From: Octopus bimaculoides | Taxonomy: Eukaryota | Length of the DNA: 55,196 nt | Reading direction: 5' to 3' | NCBI RefSeq assembly: GCF_001194135.2 | Contig: NC_068996.1 | Coordinates: forward strand, 47,879,009-47,934,204 | Shown: positions 47,395 through 55,196 of the stretch, one piece after another | How positions within the stretch are numbered: position 1 is the first letter of the stretch | Layout: every line of letters starts with the position of its first letter | Notes under the pieces: generated by a model | Seen by the model: only the letters and a program-made list of their open reading frames with translations | Told to the model about the DNA's origin: nothing | Database searches by the model: none | Translations under genes and position numbers: made by a program

Positions 47395-47650
47395 TCTACT
47401 CCAAACTATGGAGATACTCGATAGTGTGTTATATCCCAAGGAAGGAAACCTTTCTTGCCAACTACTGACCTCTCTCTCTATTACTTCCAGTATCTCAAAA
47501 TGGATGCAGACACTTATACAATTATAATCTCCTGTATTGGTTTCACTCGTCCACTCTTCAAATATAAAGTTTACGGTGTCACTAGAACCAGATTTACTAC
47601 TTCACACTTCGATGGTTTCATGCTCTTAAAAATGGTATTGCCAATAATGT
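47395..47650 (+). mobile_element. Possible CR1/Jockey-group RT fragment
   Basis: IPRKETFLANY*PLSLLLPVS resembles IPKK..NYRPISLLPV.S; YGVTRTRFT resembles QYGFR..RST. Confidence 0.45.
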
Positions 47651-48369
47651 GATCAATGCCCTCGGCATAAATCATAAGCATAAATACATTTTATCATTTG
47701 AATTTCAAGATTCATATAATTCTCTAAGCCATATTCCATTAATATCTATATGAGTGTGTTTGAGTAATAAGCACACATGAGCAACATGCATACAAATATG
47801 CTCATTTAAAAAAAAGAATTTACAATAAAGACTTTGTTGCTATTTTGGCCACACGCTTTATCTAAGAATCTCTTCTACTTAAACTTTCGTATATAGTTAC
47901 GTCACTTCACGATACTCATCTGCTATTGAAATTAACAAAAGCATTGAAAACAATGGAGATATGAGGAACAAATTTCGCTCAATAGAACAACGCAATTTTT
48001 TTCAATTTTTACACATAATGAAGAAACAGTATTACACTAAATCTTCTCTATACATAAATAAAACATGAATACTTGGTCGATGGTTAAAACGGTTGCGCCT
48101 CATTGGTTTAAACCATCTTTCTTTATATGTTTATTTTTTTCCCACACTCTTCATATAAATGTTACGACTGTAAATACTCGAAGCGGTTTACTTTCAACTA
48201 ATCCTGGGCCATATATAAACGGAAACTCGCTTACAATACCATATGCGTGAACGATTTACGATTGAAACTTTCACACACATTTCAAATTATGCTCAATGAT
48301 AGCAATTGTATGGCTGTTTGTTTTTTTTAATAGTAATCTGGAGCACGTTGTATTGATAACAAAATGATT

Positions 48370-48700
48370 TCGTGATGAAAATGGAAGCATTAGTTAATGT
48401 CAGTGGGAAAGCAACGGGACTCATTTCTGTAGAAAGAATTATAAAACAAAGGAGACAGGACAAACTACAGCTTTGCTTGTTATAATGAAAAAAGACACCA
48501 ATATGAAATATACAGTCATGTAGCATAATGGTGGCTTTCGATTGGCTAAAATTGCCCAAAATTTGCAAACATTAAAAGCTATTGACTTTTTATGAGTGAA
48601 CTTATTGCAAAATTGAATTTTATTTTCACTATTGGTAACCAAAACGGAATTGATATAATTAAATTTGAAAGCAATAGAAACAAAATTGAAGAAAAAAATG
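48370..48700 (+). mobile_element. Possible highly decayed LINE RT remnant
   Basis: ALVNVSGKATGLISVERIIKQ resembles V.VNG..T..F...RG.RQG. Confidence 0.3.
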
Positions 48701-48877
48701 AAGACTGTGACAGTAACCGGAACTTGTGCCCGAGAACCAAGTTGAAGTGGTGCGAGGAAAATTTGAAAATTTTGACAGCTAATAAAATAAAATGAAAAGT
48801 GGATATAACGAGGTTTTGTGATTTTAGGAAACTTATATTGCTATTATACACCCATACACACACATACACGCACACAT

Positions 48878-48944
<67 letters not shown>

Positions 48945-49083
48945 NNNNNNNNNNNNNNNNNNNNNNNNNNNNNNNNNNNNNNNNNNNNNNNNNNNNNNNN
49001 NNNNNNNNNNNNNNNNNNNNNNNNNNNNNNNNNNNNNNNNNNNNNNNNNNNNNNNNNNNNNNNNNNNNNNNNNNNNNNNNNNN

Positions 49084-49527
49084 ATCTTTTACTTGTTTCA
49101 GTCATTGGACTGTGGCCATGCTGGGGCACCACCTTGAAGGTTTTTAGTTGAACAAATCAATCCCAGTATATCTTTTATCTTTTACTTGTTTCAGTCATTG
49201 GACTGTGGCCATGCTGGGGCACCACTTTGAAGGGTTTTAGTTGAATAAATCAATCCCAGTATATCTTTTATCTTTTACTTGTTTCACTCATTGGACTGTG
49301 GCCATGCTGGGGCACCACCTTGAAGGGTTTTAGTCGAACAAATCAATCCCAGTATATCTTTTATCTTTTACTTGTTTCACTCATGGACTGCGGCCATGCA
49401 GGAGCAGTCCATGTGTGTAAGATCTTTGGTTGAACAAATCAATCCCAGTATATCTTTTATCTTTTACTTGTTTCAGTAATTGGATTGTGGCCATGCTGGG
49501 GCACCACCTTGAAAGGTTTAGTCGATC
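49084..49527 (-). repeat. Tandem array of the 93-bp SINE A 3' terminus (units start at 49084, 49177, 49270, 49363, 49459)
   Basis: Unit ATCTTTTACTTGTTTCAGTCATTGGACTGTGGCCATGCTGGGGCACC..AATCAATCCCAGTATATCTTTT; the array starts at an N-gap. Confidence 0.95.
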
Positions 49528-49641
49528 TTTTAAGGCTGGTACTTATTCCATCAGTCTCTTTTTACCGAACCATTAGGTTACACGAACAAACGTAAAGAAA
49601 CCAACATTGGTCTTCAAGCGGCGTTGGGTCACACACACACG

Positions 49642-49682
<41 letters not shown>

Positions 49683-49858
49683 GCACACACACACACACAC
49701 ATATAGGATGGATTACAGTTTCCGTCTACCAAATCCCCTTACAAGACTTTTGGACGGCCCGGGGCTATAATAGGAAACGCTTTATACAAGGTGCCACCCA
49801 GTAGGATTGAATCCGATACCGTATAGTTGGGAAGTAAACGTCTTACCACACAGCCAGG
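49459..49858 (-). mobile_element. SINE family A (parent copy of the tandem array)
   Basis: CAGTTTCCGTCTACCAAATCC..AAGGTGCCAC..CTTACCACACAGCC. Confidence 0.85.
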
Positions 49859-50371
49859 TATATTAATTTACTTTCGTATTTATCTATTTATCTGAACGGT
49901 CAGCTACAATATACTGGTACTGATGTAATGTATTCCATATTGTCAAAATAATTATCTGTAGAACATTTCAAAGATAGGAACCAATCTTAGGTCTTGGTTT
50001 GGCTTTCGTGACGAAGAAAATTTGAGTTTCAATTGAGTATAACTGAATTATAATAAAATACTGTGGAAAAGAAATACAGCGATTTTTTTTTTGTCATTTT
50101 ATTATATAAAATTACTGAAGATTTTTGTTCCTTTTTCTTTTGGAATTAAAATGATTTGGGAAAAAAATTTTAAGTTAATCTAATTGCTAATCTCATTGCC
50201 AAGCGCTCTGGTTATTATAGTGTCATATAAATCAAGGCATATTAGGAAATCAGGTATCGATTTTAAGAATTGACATGAAAACCAAATATTGATTTTCTCG
50301 AAAACTGGTATATTAGTCGTTAACTTCCGTTAATTCCTACATTTTGTTGGTACAGTGACGCAGTAAATACA

Positions 50372-50427
<56 letters not shown>

Positions 50428-50809
50428 TGAGTTATGAATGACTTGTAAAAGTTTGTTTCTATAGATTAATCGGTGGATAATGTTTGCCTAATCTGTTTAG
50501 CAATAATCTCGTTTCACTTGAGAAATGGTGTTATATTTCTACAGACAACAACAACTCAATAGAATAAAAAATAAAAAAGATGGTCATTGGAAGAATCTGT
50601 TGAGTGGCTGAAAAAGTAATTTCCGGCGCTCAGTTCGTTGTGTCGGTTATTTGAATTCAAATCCAACCGGTTTCTACTTTGTTTTATTCTACTCAATGTA
50701 GTTTCTATGTGGTCACTCAGTTTACTGAGAAATTGCAACTAAGTCTCGTTCAAGCAAATAAAGTAAAAATACGATACATTTGATAATGAACTTCTTATAT
50801 ATATTCTAT

Positions 50810-51203
50810 AATTTACTTGATCCATCATTGTACTGCGGCCATGCTTGGGTACCGCGTTGAAGAGTTTTATTTCAACAAGTCAGTCCCAGTGTTTATTTTA
50901 TTTTAAGATCGGTACTTGTTTCATTGGTCCCTTTTGCCGAACTGCTAGTTGACACTGATGTAAACAAACCAAGACCGGTTGGCAAGAATTGGTGAGGACA
51001 AGCACAAACACAAACACACACACACACATGTGCACACACGCACACACATGTGCACACACATACACTTATATGCACACAAGTACACAATGGGCTTCTTTCA
51101 GTTTCCATCTACCAAGACACCTGCATTAGGTGTTACGCAATGATACTGAACCTGGAACTATGTGGATGTGAAGCAAACATCTTACCACACAGACAGGCCT
51201 GTA
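50810..51203 (-). mobile_element. Divergent SINE family A
   Basis: GGGCTTCTTTCAGTTTCCATCTACCAA..GAACCTGGAACTATGTGG..CTTACCACACAG. Confidence 0.8.
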
Positions 51204-51394
51204 TGAATAATAGATAGGATGCTCACGGTTGGGCAGTCTTTGATCTTATATCTGCTCGATTATGATTGTCCTATGGCTAAAAACAGCAACAACAAAAAAG
51301 GCATAAACAAATGAATTTTATGATATGGGAGATTTTCCAGAGACACCTTCGGCAAAGATATGCACGTGGTTAATTGAAGGTTATCGTCCTTATA

Positions 51395-51807
51395 GGCGCA
51401 GGAGTGGCTGTGTGGTAAGTAGCTTGCTTACCAACTACATGGTTCCGGGTTCAGTCCCACTGCATGGCACCTTGGGCAAGTGTCTTCTACTATAGGCTCA
51501 GGCCGACCAAAGCCTTATGAGAGGATTTGGTAGACGGAAACTGAAAGAATCCCGTCGTATATATGCATATATATACATATATGTTTGTATGTCTGTGTTT
51601 GTCCCCCCACCATCGCTTGACAACCGATGGTGGTGTGTTTACGTCCCCGTAACTCAGCGGTTCAGCAAAAAGAGACCGATAGAATAAGTACTAGTTTTAC
51701 AAAGAATAAGTCCTGGGGTCGATTTTCTCGACTAAAGGCGGTGCTCCAGCATGTCCGCAGTCAAATGACTGAAACAAGTAAAAGAGTAAAAGAGAGTAAA
51801 GAGTAAA
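51395..51807 (+). mobile_element. Complete, well-preserved SINE family A (tRNA head; CORE-like CCTTGGGCAAGTGTC segment)
   Basis: GGCGCAGGAGTGGCTGTGTGGTAAG (A box), GGGTTCAGTCCC (B box) and tail (AAAGAGT)n. Confidence 0.92.
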
Positions 51808-52059
51808 GTGGTAATCTGAAAATAATTTTTAAGTAATTGAAAATAAAACCACACAGAGAACAGCCGGAGACTTCAGTGAAAATTCATTTTAAAAGGATCA
51901 AGGTAGATAACTTTAAAAATTTCAATTAACAAAATTTTATATTGAGATATGGGAGCCAGAGTTTGGTCTTTGACATTTGTGACGGTAATTCTGGATATAT
52001 TTCAATTGTATTAGATTTCCCCGGGAAGCGGGATCTACTTAAAGCAGCCAATACTTTAA

Positions 52060-52333
52060 GGATTTGGTTAATATTAATGTTTTAATTTTTTACTTGTTTC
52101 AGAGAGTGCGGTTTAGCTTCTTTGAAAGGTGAGTCGAACTAATTGATCCCGTTTACTTTTCACATTATTTTACTTTTTTGTTTTTTAAATTCTGTTTGTT
52201 AGAAAATGTCTAGTGCTTATATAATCGTCTTGTTTTTGCAAAACTACTAAGTTACAAACCAAGCAGTGAGAAACAAACAGAGAAATACAAACACACATTC
52301 ACATACACACACTGGCACACACACACAGACACA

Positions 52334-52375
<42 letters not shown>

Positions 52376-52560
52376 TACATACATACATTTATATGTATGT
52401 ACACACACGCATTCACGACAGGCTTTTACAGAATTTCCGTCCTCTAAATTTACGCACAAGTATTTAATCGGCCCAGAGCTTGTCCAAGGTAATACATAAT
52501 AGGATTGAACCTGAAGGTGTTCGACTGGGAAGCAAGTTTCCTATCTCACTGCCATGCATC
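52060..52560 (-). mobile_element. Divergent SINE family A
   Basis: TTTTACTTGTTTCAG tail, (CA)n interior, GGAAGCAAG..CACTGCCATGC head. Confidence 0.6.
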
Positions 52561-52605
52561 TGTCTTTAATCTATACTGAGAAATATGTAAGACAACTGTC
52601 AGAAT

Positions 52606-52650
<45 letters not shown>

Positions 52651-53403
52651 CATAAATATACAGGGATTAGCTTGAGTTGCTTCTCCAACATACTGAAAAT
52701 TTAGAAATAGCAGTCAAAGAACTACTGATTCCAAACTACAAATTTTTTCTATATATATATATATATATATTTCTGATAACACAATTCGAATAATCAAATG
52801 CGGAAATTAGTCAAAAACGCATTTTTTTTTTTCAGTTACAATTCCATTGTTATATTGTTTCTGAAAGGAAGGAATAGATATAATAAATTCCATTGAATGC
52901 AAGAGAATTCAGTCACGTTTTAGGTTGTAATGCTTTGAGATGTCTTACATAGGCGCATCCATATATCAGACTTACATATGCATATATCAGTCTTACATAT
53001 GCATCCATATATCAGACTTACATATATTTGCACACACATACATATATACTTACACATACACATATATTCGTGCATAGAAGTATATATGTATGTGCATGCT
53101 TTCACTTTCGCTTTTGCTTTATACATACGCATATGTATAGATGCATAAATGTATATGCATATATTACATTGTATTATATTACATGTGCAGTTTGTGTATA
53201 CATATTTGTACATATACATCTATATGTATGTATGTATATATGTATATTTATGTATGTATGTATAAACATATATATATATATATATATATATACGGAGAGA
53301 GAGAGATAATTATATGTTATATATATAATGTATGTGGATATAGATATAGATACATAGATATACAACTATATGTTATATATGATATGTATATATATATATA
53401 TAA

Positions 53404-53432
53404 CTAGCAGAAATACCCGGCATTGCCCGGGT
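53404..53432 (-). mobile_element. Helitron 3' terminus (hairpin plus CTAG); body lost in the N-gap
   Basis: Minus strand ACCCGGGCAATGCCGGGTATTTCTG-CTAG|T, the canonical Helitron end. Confidence 0.75.
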
Positions 53433-53569
53433 TAAAGAGAATAATGAAANNNNNNNNNNNNNNNNNNNNNNNNNNNNNNNNNNNNNNNNNNNNNNNNNNN
53501 NNNNNNNNNNNNNNNNNNNNNNNNNNNNNNNNNNNNNNNNNNNNNNNNNGCAAAAGTGACCGATAGAAT

Positions 53570-53685
53570 AAGTACTAGGCTTACAAAGAATAAGTCCACG
53601 GGATCGATTTGTTCGACTAAAAAGGCGGTGCTCCAGCATGGCCTCAGTCAAGATGACTGAAACAAGCAAAAGAGTAAAAGAGTAG
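53570..53685 (+). mobile_element. SINE family A 3' end
   Basis: GACCGATAGAATAAGTACTAGGCTTACAAAGAATAAGTCC..GGCGGTGCTCCAGCATGG. Confidence 0.85.
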
Positions 53686-53789
53686 TGAAGGTAAGTGTGC
53701 ATTGCAGTGCTCCCGCCGTTTGCAGCACTTCTAAGACCGTTGCTAGTTGCCGCGACATTAGAACTGAGCTTTTATAATTTACTCAACAT

Positions 53790-54210
53790 AGAGAGAGGAA
53801 GAAAGACAGGCAGTGAGAGACAGAGAGACGGACAAACAGAAAGGCTAACAAACAGGAAGACAGATAAACAGGCAAGCAGACAGACGGGTAGGTGGACAGA
53901 GAGAGAGAGAGAGAGAGAGAGACGGACAGATGGAGAGGCTGACAAACAACTAAACAGACTGACTGATAGATAGATGGATGGACGGACAGACAGACAGTAA
54001 GACTGACAAACAGGAAGACAAACAGGCAGACAGATAAACAGGCAAGCAGACAGACGGGTAGATGGACTGACGGACAGATAGACAGAAAGACGCACAAACG
54101 GACGGATGACAGACAGACTGTCAGATAGACTGACAGACAGACGGACGGACAGACTGACTGACTGACAGAGCCGGCCGCACAGACAGACGAACAGACAGAG
54201 CAGCCATACA
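53790..54210. repeat. Degenerate (GACA)n/(GA)n tract
   Basis: Direct reading. Confidence 0.9.
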
Positions 54211-55009
54211 TAAACTCAGTACTGATGACGGAATACTATGAAACTGCTAATAATGACTGGTTGACTACCATTTTTTTTTATTTTAAAAAGAAATCTACAG
54301 TGCAAAATCGTTAATGATGATCTGCGTCGGCAAAAGCTATTTAATGTATTCCGTTTATTTGAATGAGTTCGTGTGCAGGCGGAAGGGAAGAATCTCAACG
54401 TTTCGATTATAGGCTTTCATCGGATGACAGAAAGTATTATCGTCTTAACAGCATTTCAAGTCTCTAGACAAAATGCGCTTCCCACCTACGCCGCTAAAAG
54501 CAAAGCCATAGCATATATAGATTGGTATTGAGGCTCTAGAACCGTGAGATCCCCGAGAACTATCCAATGTGTCAATATCATAAGGTGGCACCGATGAAAG
54601 AACGTTTATTTATTATATTTTTTAAATTTTTCTCTGACGAAGATCGTTTCGATTGAAACAGAAAGACATTCGTCTTGCCACGAAATACAGACGTATTCCA
54701 AATCACATATTTTACTAATTAACACATTTGAAAGTCGGCCAACCAAAGCAGAAATAAATAAATAAATAAATAAATAGTATACTGCAAAAAATTTATAAAT
54801 ACCACAATACGCAATAATTGAATGCTTAATGGAACTAGTTTGTACGATGTTGAGTATTTTATAGGAAGACTCGCTACTACAACTTCAGTCTTTCTCTCCC
54901 TCTCTCTCTCCCTCTCTCTCTCCCTCTTCCTCTCTCTCTTTCTCTCACTCGTTCTCTGCGTGTGCATGAGAATACATGTATATGTGTGTGTGTATGTATA
55001 TATATATAT

Positions 55010-55196
55010 ATACATATATATACGTATATACTAAATATATTTATATATATAAATATATATATTTATAATTACACATTCATATATATACAAATAAATATAT
55101 ATACCTGTATATATATATATATACATATATATACGTATATACTAAATATATTTATATATATAAATATATATATTTATAATTACACATTCATATATA
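55010..55196. repeat. AT-rich direct repeat with a 111-bp period
   Basis: TACGTATATACTAAATATATTT..AATTACACATTCATATATA at 55021 and 55132. Confidence 0.85.

Noticed and set aside
49084-49527. Regular repeat array as a possible CRISPR
   Set aside because: No unique spacers, units are SINE tail sequence, and the context is eukaryotic.
51395-51470. tRNA-like heads as possible tRNA genes
   Set aside because: A and B boxes are present but there is no complete cloverleaf, and they continue into SINE bodies.

Overview
Eukaryotic, AT-rich, microsatellite-dense animal genomic DNA from a gapped short-read assembly; most N-runs are flanked by simple repeats. The repeat families resemble those of a coleoid cephalopod such as Octopus (inference, not checked by a search). 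I found no intact protein-coding gene. The only host-gene remnant is a decayed, intron-retaining alpha-tubulin pseudogene (8299-10794, +) that stops about 25 bp short of the 3' end of a degraded Helitron (10819-~15600, -). That Helitron is interrupted by a 1.5-kb ORF1-only L1/Tx1-like retroelement with a 5-bp target-site duplication. The rest is transposon debris: mariner, maT/DD37D-like and rosa/DD41D DNA transposons; R4/Dong-, HERO-, CR1- and L1-like LINE fragments; a Penelope-like RT; MITEs; and about 30 tRNA-derived SINE copies of several families. The most notable structural signals are two near-canonical type I hammerhead ribozymes 214 nt apart (44.8-45.1 kb), hammerhead cores embedded in inverted repeats (32.1 and 45.0 kb), a fold-back mariner (5.4-5.8 kb), 3' tails shared between SINEs and LINEs, and a 93-bp tandem array derived from a SINE tail. 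All calls come from manual reading and translation; family names need confirmation against Dfam/Repbase/Pfam.
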